Part shown: piece after piece, positions 1-11,777 of the stretch
Layout of the letters: each line of letters opens with the position of its first letter
Position numbering within the stretch: the first letter of the stretch is position 1
NCBI RefSeq assembly: GCF_000372725.1
Contig: NW_005202428.1
Location: 1-64,000 of the forward strand
Reading direction: 5' to 3'
Length of the DNA: 64,000 bases
From: Emiliania huxleyi CCMP1516
Lineage: Eukaryota
Notes under the pieces: generated by a model
The model's input: the letters and a program-made list of their open reading frames with translations, nothing else
What the model was told of the DNA's origin: nothing
Database searches by the model: none
Program-made: the position numbers and the translations under genes

Positions 1-2059
1 CGCTCGAGACGTTAGGAAGTGTCAGGAAGTGTCTAGGAAGTGTCTAGGAAGTGTCCAGGAAGTGTCTACGAAGTGTCTAGGAAGTGTCCAGGAAGTGTCC
101 AGGAAGTGTCCAGGAAGTGCCTTGGAGTGCCGCGGTGCGCCGGGGCTCGCAACGAGGGAGATGCCTAATGAGTGGAAGGAGGGAGGGAATCAAGGAATGC
201 AGATCAAGCCGAGGCCTCCGCCACGAGGAAGGGGATGCCATAGTCGCGGGTCGCGTTGTGTAGCGTCTCCCGCGACGCGCGCTCTTCCTGCAGATCGGAG
301 AAGAGCAATGAGCAATCCCCTTCGCCCCCCTTCTCCCCCCTTCTCTCCCCATCTCTCCCCATCTCTCCCCATCTCTCCCAATCTCTCCCCATCTCTCCCC
401 ATCTCTCCCCGTCTCTCCCCATCTCTCCCCATCTCTCCCCGTCTCTCCCCACCCCTCCCCACCCCTCCCCACCCCTCCCCATATCTCCCCAGATCTCCTC
501 TCCTGCAGATCCGAGAGCATCATGATGCCCCCCTCGGCCGGGGCGGCGCCGCCGCCCGCCTCCTTCTCCTCTTTCTCCTTCTCGCGCACCACGGAGTCGA
601 GAGGGAAGAAGTGCTGCTCGCCACCGCCTGTGGCCAATCAAAAATGAATCGCAACCTTGCTGATTAATGGCGGGAAAGAAGTGCTGCTCGCTGCCGCCTG
701 TGGCCAATCAAGAATGACTCGCAACCTTATTGATTGGTGGAGGGGAAAGGGCTGCTGCTCGCTGCCGCCTCCCGCGGCGTCTGGAAGCCGGTCGAGCTGC
801 ACCTAAAAAAAAGAAACTCGCTGCGAAAAAAGAAACGGAAACGACGGCCGAGCTGCAACCGGTGCTAGTTGCGTTGAGTGGGTGTGGGTTGAAAACATGT
901 GCATGTGCATGCACATGTGCATGTGCATCCCCGGCGATCGGCCGTAAATACGCGGCGCAAGGAGGGCCCACTGCCGCGCATCGGTTGGAGTGGTACGCGG
1001 CGCACCGGCGCTGAGTTGGCGGGCAGCAGCGCCGGAGACATGCCAACCACGACAGAGGGCAGGCACCCCGATGGCAGCAGAGCCGGCGACGGGAGGACGC
1101 CTATAGACACTTCCTAGACACTTCCGAGACACGTCCTTGTTCACAGCAGAGCCGGCGACGGGAGGACGCCTATAGACACTTCCTAGACACTTCCGAGACA
1201 CGTCCTTGTTCACAGCAGAGCCGGCGACGGGAGGACGCCTATAGACACTTCCTAGACACTTCCGAGACACGTCCTTGTTCACAGCAGAGCCGGCGACGGG
1301 AGGACGCCTATAGACACTTCCTAGACACTTCCGAGACACGTCCTTGTTCACAGCAGAGCCGGCGACGGGAGGACGCCTGGAGGGAGCGGCGCGGTGTGAA
1401 GAGAGGCGGCGGCCAGGAGGAGGGGTGGAAGGAGGGGAAAGAGGAGGAGTGAGTAGCGGCGGTGAGAGGAGAAGGAAGCGGGGAGGAAGGAGGGGAAGGA
1501 GGAGGAGTGAGTAGCGGCGGTGAGAGGAGAAGGAAGCGCGGAGGAAGGAGGGGAAGGAGGAGGAGTGAGTAGCGGCGGTGAGAGGAGAAGGAAGCGGGGA
1601 GCAGAGCAGCAGGGTGGGATTGTAATTCTATTCAGCAGGGCGGGATTGCCGATTCCGGCGCAGGCGGAGGCGAGCCAGGGCGAGGGGAGCTCGTCGCGCA
1701 CTGCGGCGGTCGAGCCGCTCGACGAGTCGTCCGCCGCCTGCGGAGGGGAGGGGCGCCGTGTGAGGGTGAGGGAAGGAGCAAGGCGACGGACAGCACAGGG
1801 AGCGGGCGGCGGGCCGTGGGGAGAGAGAGAGAGCAAGGGAGCAGGGACGAGGATGTGGCGTATCTGAGAAGCGGAGCGGCGGCTGGACTGCGCGGGAGGG
1901 GCGCAGCTCGCGCGAGGCCAGCAGCCGGAGGCGCGGCACATCACGCGCCTGCTGCAGCGGAGACGGCAGGCCGGAAGACACTGGATTCAGATCAGAGGCC
2001 GGCTTGGGCAAGCGCGAGCGGCCGGCAAAGGCGGGAGAGGCATCAGGCGGCGGCGGCAT
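1..2059 (-). CDS. Hypothetical multi-exon protein, 3' end runs off the window
   Basis: ATG at 2059 (MPPPPDASPAF...). Exon-like segments at about 1630-1740, 920-1100, 750-800 and 505-625 are separated by satellite-filled introns. No recognisable domain. Confidence 0.4.
1074..1378. repeat. 69-bp tandem repeat (about 4.4 copies) containing a mini-exon plus intron
   Basis: Unit CAGCAGAGCCGGCGACGGGAGGACGCCTATAGACACTTCCTAGACACTTCCGAGACACGTCCTTGTTCA is repeated verbatim. Confidence 0.9.
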
Positions 2060-2618
2060 CGATTCTGAAGCGTGGCCGGCCGACGCCGGCCGCTCATGCA
2101 GCTCTGTTGAACCACGCCCAGGCCGCGCCGTCTTCGTCGACCGCGCTTGGAATTCTTTTCTTGGCGACTATCAAAGTCCCGCGTCCACCCATACCGCGCT
2201 GGTGTCCAGTCCGAGCCTGACTGTTCTTCACCTTTCTACCTAACCTAACCTAGTCAATGGCGACACCGTCATGCTCGCCGCACAACAGCAACCATTACGC
2301 GGCTGGCGGCGACCAACCAACCAGTCAGTTAGTTCGCAGCGCAGCTAGCAGAGGCGCGGGACCAGCACGGTCCCTTCTATGCCGCCTACGACGAACTCCT
2401 CGAGGACATCACGGGCTATCGCGATTGATTCTGACTCGGTAGGGTGCCCACAGGACCCCCCAAAAGAAAGGAAACAAGAAATGGGCCACCCCCGATCGCA
2501 GCACTTAGCTGTGCATCTATAGATGCTTGTGGCGTCTAAGATGGAACGCGCAACAAAAGACACGGCGCGGCCATCTCCAGGACAGCGAGCCGTCGCATCC
2601 TAGAATGCCCTGTGTTAT

Positions 2619-4281
2619 GATGTATCTTATTCGGACCCCCCCCTCCGCGCCTCGTGTTTTTCGTGCCAAACCAGCGCGATCTCGGCGGGGCGTCAGCGCC
2701 TCTCGGAGGGGCATCATGCGCTCCCGGGGCCGCCCGACGGCGCGGGCCTCTTGCCGATGGACCCAGCCGAGGTGCCCAACCAGTTGGAGCGCGCCGACGC
2801 GCTGCGCGCGACCACCAGCCAGCTTTCCGGCCGGGCCGAGAACGGTGTGTCGAGAAAGTAGACACTCAAAGTAGCAGCCGCTTTTTTTGCCTCTTTTTGA
2901 GCGCGGCTGCTGCACACCCTGCCCACCAGTGATACTAGAAGCACCAGATTTACCCCGTCGCGAGCTTGACCGCGACCCCGATGACCGCCCACAGGTGGCT
3001 GATCGCGGCGCCACTCATCGCTGCTTTTCGGCGCCTGGCTCTCAGAGGGCCCCTGCGGCTCTCGCTCGTCGCGCGACCGCCGCCGACATCATGTGCTTGG
3101 TCGTCCCCGCCGGCACGGAGCTGCGCCACGTCGAATTGTTCGGCGGCTCGACCGCCGGCGCGCCCACCCTCGCCTCCTGCGCGCCTCACACCCAGAATTC
3201 TCCTCGCGCGCGGCCGACAAAGTAGGCACACGACCACCTCCCTCCCACTCACCCCCCCCACGATGCACAGCCCGTCCACTCTCGCCGGCAAGGCGCACGG
3301 AACGCCCAATTTGGGCTGGAAATGCCGCCGCCACGGGTTGGTGGCGCCCTCGGCAGCGGGGCAGCGCCACGCCGCGCAAACTTGCGCGACAAACTTGCGA
3401 CCTCTGTCCCTCGTATTCACCCCAGATTTTGCCCTATCCAGGCTCACCCGGTACCGCGAGCGGCGAGCCGCGCCAAGTTTGCTCCATTTCCGACAAGTTC
3501 ATCCCGCCCGAACGCCGATCTTCGGCCGCCTGGAGGCCCAGGACGGGGCTCGGGACCGGCCAGGTGTGGATTCTCCTCGGCGCTGCGGTGTATCTGCGCG
3601 CCCATGGCGCGTTCAGGGGTGCGTCTGAGGCGTGTAGACTGCGGGGCGCCGCGATAGCGCGGCGCCGACGATTGTGTCAGCTCACTGTCACACCGTCGAC
3701 ACGGTCACAGTGTGTGTGCAGTGCGTCCACTCCGGCGACCGTGACGCCGTCGGTTCTCGCCTATACCGGCCAGTGTGGAGCTATCAGTGTGGTTGCGTGT
3801 TGTACTAGTGATGCTGCACTAGGCGGCCCGTTTTTAGCAAAAACCAGATACCAAATCGCGTGTGGTCGTCGAAAAACCGCATCTTCGCCCGTCTGGGACC
3901 TCGTCGTACGGGCTACGGCTCCAAAAACCGCTCCTTGACGACGACTACGCGGCCCGGCGGTCGATCTGCGCCTGCTCAGCGGTGGAGGGGATGTGGGCGG
4001 TACGTGCGTACCGCGTGGTGTTGCGACGGTTTGACGATTGCGACTCCCAGCGTCGACTTTTCGACCCCACGGAGCCTCTGCTGCTCCGGGGGGGGGGGGT
4101 CTGCAGACCACCCGGCCGAACTTCAGAGTGGCGGTGCTCCTCAAATACCGCTCAAACGCCCACGATGTTGTGGAGGGGACATATGCTGATGATCCTGGCC
4201 CGATTGGTTCGCTCAGAAAGCTTCTGGGCGGTCGCTAAGGTTCGCTCCCCGCACACGGGCCCCGGAATAAGTTACATCGCA
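2619..4281. mobile_element. Non-autonomous TIR DNA transposon (TA TSD), copy 1 of a 1.6-kb family
   Basis: 2636-4266 is largely the reverse complement of 28805-30428. Imperfect TIR TGATGTATCTTATTCGG / CCGGAATAAGTTACATCGCA, flanked by TA at 2617-2618 and 4282-4283. Confidence 0.75.
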
Positions 4282-4700
4282 TAGTGTACCCGAGCGACAA
4301 TATGGTATCTGCGGCTAGTGCGATGTCCCCCACCGCCCACCGGGAGGACGACCCCGGCTAGTCGCCGACCACACCCACAAAGAACCCTGCACAAAGATCC
4401 ATCTCACAGTACAGAGGTGTCCGTTTTTATTTATTTATTTAATATGGTATCTTTGATTTGAGATGAAATTGAAAAGTGCGTCCTAGAGAATGCGTTTTTT
4501 TGCATTCTAGGATGCATCGGTAAACAAAGATGGGGGGGGGAGGGGGGGGGGGCAAACGGACGCCGCGCTCCCCTTCTGCGCTCGGCGCTCACCCGTCACC
4601 GAAGAAAAACACGCCAACGAGCCCACTGCGGCACAACAGGCTGCCCTGCACAAGGCTGCCTAGCACCACCTCACACACCCGACTCCGCTCTCCCGCTTCG

Positions 4701-5814
4701 TCACTTCTTGCCCAGCTCGCGCGACCGTGCCGTCGCGGCGAGCACCGCGTTCATCACCGCCGCGCGCATCCCGCCCTGCTCCAGCGCGTGGACGCCCGTG
4801 ATTGTCGTGCCGCCAGGGCTCGTCACCTGGACGGGCCAGAAACTGCTGAAAGCGAACTCTGGGGCGCCAGCCTGCGGCTGTGGCAAGGCTCGTCACCTGG
4901 TCCTTCAGCTCCCCCGGGTGCTTGCCTGTCTGCAGCACCATCGTCGCCGCGCCGCGAACGGTCTTCGCCGCGAGCGCCTAATCGCCCGAGATCACCCGAG
5001 ATCACCCGAGATTACCCGAGATTAGGCGCCGCGAACGGTCTTCGCCGCGAGCGCCGTCGCGATCGGGCGGGTGAGGCCTGCGCGCACGCCTCCGTCGGAG
5101 AGGGCCTACTCTCGGGTGACTTCGGGCCATCTCGAGGTCGCGCAGCCGCACGCGACGAGCCGGCCGCAGCTGCCTCGATAAACTGAAAGACGTAGGCGGG
5201 GCCAGAGCCTGACAGTCCCGTCACCGCGTCCAGGTCGGCCTCCTTGACCTTGAACGCCGTGCCGAGAGCGCCGAGCAGAGAGCCGACCGTCGCCTGATTC
5301 TTAATCATTCATTGGTTACTTCATACGCCCGCCGCCCGCACCGCAGAGAGCTGACCGTCGCCGCGTCGGCGGCGGAGCACGCTGCGTTGGGGGCGTAGGC
5401 GGCGGCAAGCTCGCCGACGAGGCACGGCGTGTTTGGCATCACCCGCACCACGCGGGCGCTCGAGCCGAGCCACCCCTCGAGCGACTCGATCGTGACGCCC
5501 GCGGCGATCGAGACGACGAGAGGATTGGTGCCGGAGCCCTTGATGTCTGCACACACGTCCTCCACCATCTGCGGCTTGACGGCGAGGACGATGAGGTCGG
5601 CGAACAAGGCGACGTCCTTGTTCGAACCGCCCGACGTGATGCCCAGCTCCTCGGCCAGCCCATCGACGCACGGCTGATACGCGTCCGATGCAATCACGCA
5701 GTCGGCCGGACACGTCTTCGAGCTCACGAGGCCGCGGATCATCGCGCCGGCCATCATGCCGGCACCGATGAAGCCGACCTTGACCGGTACCATCCCTTCG
5801 CTGCACAACACCAT
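4701..5814 (-). CDS. proC: Pyrroline-5-carboxylate reductase (about 5 exons)
   Basis: Rossmann motif [11 protein letters not shown], then [29 protein letters not shown] and VTSPGGTT, all diagnostic of P5CR. Confidence 0.95.
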
Positions 5815-6095
5815 TTTATAATACCAAAAGGAGGGCTACACGAGGCCCTCTACGCTGGGGCGCCGGCGCCCTACTGGCTCGGGTCGACTCGGCGCCGAAT
5901 TCGTGAAAGAGAGAAAAAAACACTCCCCCTCTGGCGGGTAAGGTGAAAACACGCAGGCCTTGGTGCTGCAGAAGCTAGGAAGGACCGCGGCGATGTGAGG
6001 TGTTGTCTACTCGGTCCACAACGTGCACCTTGGCAGGTTCGTTCTCACCGCGGTTCGAAGATGGAAGGTAAAAAAGAAGACAACCCAGGGGAGGA

Positions 6096-6647
6096 CGGCA
6101 CGCCGCCACCACACAGGGATTTTAATAAGGAGAGGAGTGTGGTGCTAGCCGTCGCCCGCCCTTGGGCGTCTGCCTCTTTCTATCTCTCTTCGCAGTCCCT
6201 CGCCGATTCTCGCTGCAACCTTCATGCCACCTCGCGGTCGTCCTCCTATGGAAGGTATAAAGTTTGCGGTCGCGCGACTTATCGGACTTTTGCAATACTC
6301 GCAAATTTGCAGCGCTGTGGTGGCAACAGCTCGGGTAAGTGTTGTCCCCGGGGGTAAGGCCTCGCCCCCGCTGCGACCGATCGCGCCCGGGCCGCACCGT
6401 GGCGGCGCAGCGCGGCTGGTCGGCCATGCACACCCGCCGCGCCTCCTCGCTCGGGCTGCTCTGCGCACTTCCAGCGATTGCCAAGGGAGGGATGGGAGAA
6501 CGGCACGCCGCCACCACACAGGGATTTTAAGGAGAGGGGTGTGATGCGCTAGCCGTCGCCTACCCTAGGGAGTCTGCCTCTTCCTATCTCTCTTCGCAGT
6601 CTCTCTCCGATTCTCGCTTCAACCTTCGTGCCACCTCGCGGCCGTCC
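6096..6647. repeat. Pair of ~148-bp direct repeats (6096-6244, 6500-6647) in the proC/coactosin divergent intergenic region
   Basis: Both begin ACGGCACGCCGCCACCACACAGGGATTTTAA and end GCCACCTCGCGGYCGTCC. A related segment lies inverted at about 39268-39310. Confidence 0.85.
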
Positions 6648-6756
6648 CACTGTGCTGTGTGAGAGACTTGTGTTGTTTAAATTCTTTTTCACGATGCCCT
6701 AAATCGCCGGCAGGGGAGACGCCGAGGCATTCAGCGAGGGCAAAAAGGCGCGAGCC

Positions 6757-9604
6757 ATGGGTTCGGTGGACGTGAGCGACGGTGGAATCTCCACGGCAAT
6801 CGCCTCGGTTCGAGACGACGGCACCGATGACATGTACGCCATCCTGAAATACGACGGCAAGGCGAGCGCCGCCCGCCCGAGCAAAGCATCGCCTCTGCAG
6901 CCCTGTCTCTCGCCTCTGCCGCGATGGCGCTGCACGGCCGCCGCAACCGACCATCAACGCCTCCTTCTCAGGCGAAGCTCATTCTCCAAAAGACCGGAAG
7001 CGGCTCGATGGACGAGATGGCCGGTTCACTCTGCAATTCGCCGGCACAGTGTGTGCTGCTCGGGAGCCTTCTCGGAGGCGCCGCGGGGGCCGCCGTAGGC
7101 GAGCTGGATGACGGCGAGGTGCAGTACGTCCTGCTGCGCGTCGAGGGCGGCCGTGACCAGGAGTCCAAGGTGTGCCCATGCCTGCCCCGGCGTCTGCTTG
7201 CCTGCCGCTTGTTGCCGTCGCCGAGCCACTGAAGAAAACTGGCACACGCCCGCACTCGCACCACAGCGCACCCCTCTGAAGCCCGTCCTCGCTGATTCGG
7301 TGCAGGCCGTCAAGTTTGTCTTCATCACGTGGGTAGGGTCGTCGGTGCAGTCAGCCCTCTCTGAGACACGACCGTCTCTGAGACACGACCGAGACATGAC
7401 ACGTCCGAGACACGTCCGAGACACGTCCGCGACACGTCCGAAACACGTCCGAGACACTGCACCGCCGGGGCAGCGAAGAGCTAGAGTGGTCGGCTCCCGC
7501 AGTGCAGGCCGCCACGGGCTTGCTGGCGTGCGCAGACCTGCAGCCCAAACACTTCCGAGACACTTCCGAGACACTTCCGTGCTCCCACCCCTGGCCAGCA
7601 CCGAGGCGCTTGGAGATGTTGCACGGTAGCTGGACGGCGGCACACAGCAGCATGGCGACGCCAAAGGTCGCACGCACACGGACCAGCTAGAGGACGGGCG
7701 GACATATCTCCCCATATCTCCCCCTATCTCCCCATATCTCCCCAGCCAGAGGACGGCCGGACAGGCAGAGGTCTGGCGAGTAGAGGCCCCGCCCACCCAG
7801 GGTACCCGCTCCGAGGACCCATTTGGGTCACTCGCCGCGGCTCCGCTCCTAGAGACCTCGAGAGAGCGTGCGTGTGCCTCTCCTCGCCAGGGCTGAGGCC
7901 CCGACCGTCGGGCAAGGCAAAAGAAGACACGCACTCGGCGACACCGCGGCCGCGGCAGCCCTGGCAGCCAGCCGCGCCAGTGCGTTCATGCCTGCTCTGG
8001 AGCACGGGCGACGGGGCACACGCTCACTCGCGGAGCACACACGGGGCATTGCAGTCAGGGAACCAGAGCTGTTGCCCGGCCGGCACAGGTGGGGAGGGGT
8101 GGCAGACGGCCCATACCCCATATCTCCCCATATCTCCCCATATCTCCCCATATCTCCCCATATCTCCCATATCTCCCCATATCTCCCCATATCTCCCCGT
8201 ACCTCCCCACATCTCCCCGTACCTCCCCGTACCTCCCCGTACCTCCCCATATCTCCCCATATCTCCCCGTACCTCCCCATATCTCCCCATATCTCCCCAT
8301 ACCCCCCCCGCACAGGTGGGAGGGATGGCAAAGGGGCGTGTGGCTAGCCACAAGATGGCGGTCAAGGTGAGTTGCCCCGAGATGGAGCCGAGATGACCCG
8401 AGATGGGCCGAGTTGTGGACTGGCTGACTAGCCGAGAGATGATGGCCGAGGATTAGCCGAGGTCTAGCCGAGGTCTAGCCGAGGTCTAGCCGAGGTCTAG
8501 CCGAGGTCTAGCCGAGGTCTAGCCGAGGTCTAGCCGAGGTCTAGCCGAGAGATAGCAATATTGATCAATTACTTAACAGCGGGACCCTGAGTATTGTAAA
8601 CACACCGTGAGGCATATCGGTTCCCTGGGAGTTCACTAGCGCTCGCTTGCTTAAGTAATTGCAATGCGCGCCTGGCGGGACACCTGCATTACTGAACCAT
8701 GAATTACAATGAAGTAACTGCGGTGCGTGCCTGGCCGCAGGACGCCCTCGGCTGGACGGTGGTTGACATCCAGGCTGACGACAAGGAGGGCCAATAGCCG
8801 AGATATGGCGAGATATGGGGAGATATGGGGAGATATGGGGAGACATCCAGGCTGACGACAAGGAGGGCCAATAGCCGCTACGAGCCGAGATCAGCCGAGA
8901 TTCGCACCTGAGATCAGCCGAGATCAGCCGAGATTCGCACCTGAGATCAGCCGAGATCAGCCGAGATTCGCACCTGAGATCAGCCGAGATCAGCCGAGAT
9001 TCGCACCTGAGATCAGCCGAGGTTCGTACCTGAGGGCGTCTCGTCATCTGGCCGAGATTCGCCGAGATTAGCCGAGATTAGCCGAGATTAGACATAGCCC
9101 GGCCGTGAGCGGCGCTTGGCGGTGAGGCAAGAAGCACCGCCCGTTCGTTTTCTTTTCTGCCCTAGGACGACATCTCAGAGGAGGTGATCCGCGAAAAGCT
9201 GAAGAAGGCGCCGGGCGCTGTAGACGGCCCTCGCATGGACCAGTCGAATGGCGTGGGACTCGTTGCTGATGTCACCTCAGGCGTGCCCCCCCCCCCCCCC
9301 CCCTCCCCTCCCCCCCCCGCGCCGTCCTCCATGCCAGGAGGCGTGTAGCGCTGACTGGCTGCTGGCGGGCTGGTTGCCTCAGGCGTCGGGCGCAAGTGAC
9401 GACCTCGGCTCCCCAGATATGGGGAGATATGGGGAGATGTGGGGAGACATGACTTAGGCGTCGGGCGCAAACTACGACCTCGGCTCGAACGCGGGCGGCA
9501 ACTACGAGTCCAAGGCGTACCCACACAGACACACAGACACAGACACACACACAGACACAGACAGACACAGACACACACACACACACACACGCACACACAC
9601 ACGC

Positions 9605-9679
<75 letters not shown>

Positions 9680-10948
9680 CACACACACACACACACACAC
9701 ACATACACACACACCGGGCCTTGCACGTTCAATGCCGTGGGGCTCCTGTCGTCTAGACGTGGAGTCCCCATATCTCCCCACATCTCCCCGTACCTCCCCG
9801 TACCTCCCCGTACCTCCCCGTATCTCCCCGGACCTCCCCATATCTCCCCGTACCTCCCCGTACCTCCCTGTATCTCCCCGTACCTCCCCATACCTCCCCG
9901 TATCTCCCCGGACTCCCCGTACCTCCCCGTATCTCCCCGTACCTCCCCGTATCTCCCCATACCTCCCCACATCTCCCCGTACCTCCCCGTATCTCCCCAC
10001 ATCTCCCCGTACCTCCCCGTACCTCCCCGTATCTCCCCGGACCTCCCCATACCTCCCCGTACCTCCCCGTACCTCCCCGTACCTCCCCGTATCTCCCCGT
10101 ATCTCCCCGTATCTCCCCGTATCTCCCCATACCTCCCCGTAGGCGGGCGAGATACAGGCGGCCGGCCGGAACAACTACCAGACGCTCGAAAAGGAGTCAA
10201 ACATCGGCCCGGTCGTCTTTGAGACCAGGGAGATGCGCCGAGATTGCCCGAGATGCGCCGAGATTGCCCGAGATGCGCCGAGACTGCCCGAGAGTGCTGC
10301 GCGCGCTGCCTCCGCGCCGCCTCTCCCCGCCTTCCCCCCGCCGCCCAGCCGCCGCCTCTCACCGCCTCTCTCTGTCTCCGGGCGCAGGCGCTTCCGAAGG
10401 AGACGCCGATTGATTTGGGAGGGCGGCCGATGGTGCGCGGCTAGACGATCCGAGAGGAGCCGAGAGGGGCCGAGGGGAGAGGAGGGGAGGGGAGAGGCGG
10501 GGAGAGGAGCCGAGAGGAGCCGAGAGGGGCTGAGGGGAGAGGAGGGGGGCCGAGAGGAGCCGAGAGGAGCCGAGAGGGGCCGAGGGGGGAGGAGGGGAGA
10601 GGAGGGGAGAGGAGGGGAGAGGAGGGGAGCCGAGAGGGGCCGAGGGGGGCCGAGAGGAGCCGAGAGGAGCCGAGAGGAGACGAGGGGCAGCCGAGGGTGA
10701 GGGTAGCCGAAAGGAGCCGAGGGGAGCCGCTGGGTCCCAGGAAGGCGAATGCGATGACGGCCTCTAGCGCGTGCTCACGCAATAGGTAGTAGGCAGCCTT
10801 AGTGTCCAAGACCTGCCCCCCCCCCTCTCCACGCCCCATCCCACCCTAGCACCACACCCCTAGGTGGCGTCCGCGACGGAGGGAAAGAAGAACACCGTCA
10901 TCCGCGACGAGGTGGAGGTGGCGGCGGCCAAGAAGGGAGAGGAGTAGG
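6757..10948 (+). CDS. Coactosin-like ADF-H actin-binding protein with C-terminal extension (about 11 small exons)
   Basis: Exons read MGSVDVSD...YAILKYDGK / AKLILQKTGSGSMDEM / ELDDGEVQYVLLRV..DQESK / VKFVFITWVG / GGMAKGRVASHK / DIQADDKE / DDISEEVIREKLKK / ASGANYDLGSN / ...NIGPVVFET / ALPKETPIDLGGRPM / VASATEGKKN...KKGEE*. KFVFITWVG and ASGANYD are typical of coactosin. Confidence 0.85.
9765..10140. repeat. Intronic 10-bp satellite (AYCTCCCCRT)n; related arrays at 341-490, 8115-8300, 8810-8845, 41795-41945
   Basis: Directly visible tandem decamers. Confidence 0.95.
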
Positions 10949-11294
10949 GCCGTCCCCCCCTCCCACCGGGCGGAAGAGCGAGGAGTAGGCCTCCCCCTCC
11001 CCCTACCGTGCACAGACGTCCCATGGGCAGCCTCGTGCTGTGACTCGCGCGCCCTGGTGCCGACCTCCCCCCCCCCCCCCTCCCCCGGCACGTATAGCCG
11101 CCGGGGCGCCGTCCCCGTTGCGCCCTGCAGCTGTGTCGCACGGGTCGGCGGGGCAGCTCGTTCCATTTCCTCTCTCTACGCCCCCAGTGCATACCCTTTA
11201 GCGCGAGAGAGCCCCGGGGACGGAGCCCGGAAGTGTTTATTCGCGTTTTCGTGGATGCGAGAGACGGGTACGGTACTGGATAACGTACGGCTCT

Positions 11295-11510
11295 ACGACT
11301 TGGAGCACTTGCTTGGAGTGCAGTCCTCAGCCTCACATCCAGGGGGCCGGGGAGCTAAGAAGCGCACCCAGCGGGCCGGATGATCGGGATCGGGTTGCGG
11401 GCTAGGCCTAGGGAGCCCTAGAGCCCTGGGGGGTGTGCGCGTTCGCAGGGAAAGGGCCTTCCAAAGGGCCGTAAAATAAACACGGGGGTTGGTCGTTCCG
11501 TGTACCGGGT
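11295..11510. repeat. Dispersed repeat; inverted copy at about 39785-39955
   Basis: Shared CCTCACATCCAGGG..GCCGGGGAGCTAAGAAGCGCACCCAGCGGGCCGGATGATCGG...CGTTCGCAGGG.AAGGGCC. Both copies end an ORF with ...GRGAKKRTQRAG*. Confidence 0.85.
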
Positions 11511-11777
11511 CTCTCCCCTTAACTGCAGATCTGCAGAACGCCCCCTCGGCTACTCGGAGCTAACGGACACGCAACACTGTACTCCCCGCACGTACACAGC
11601 TACGCCTCGTCGTAGAGGGTCCGCAGCGTCCTAATCTAAAATCTGAGGATTCAGGATTGAGGCATCGCTTCAGTGAGGCCAAAGTGAGTTTATGGATGTG
11701 TGAGAACGGTACGGGACCGTGCGAAATCGGAACGCATGCTTGCACGTTACCGGTCGGCGATCGCATCGTGCCACCAG

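Noticed and set aside
2239..2252. Telomere-like CCTAACCTAACCTA
   Set aside because: Under three 5-bp units, too short to indicate a telomere or telomeric insertion.
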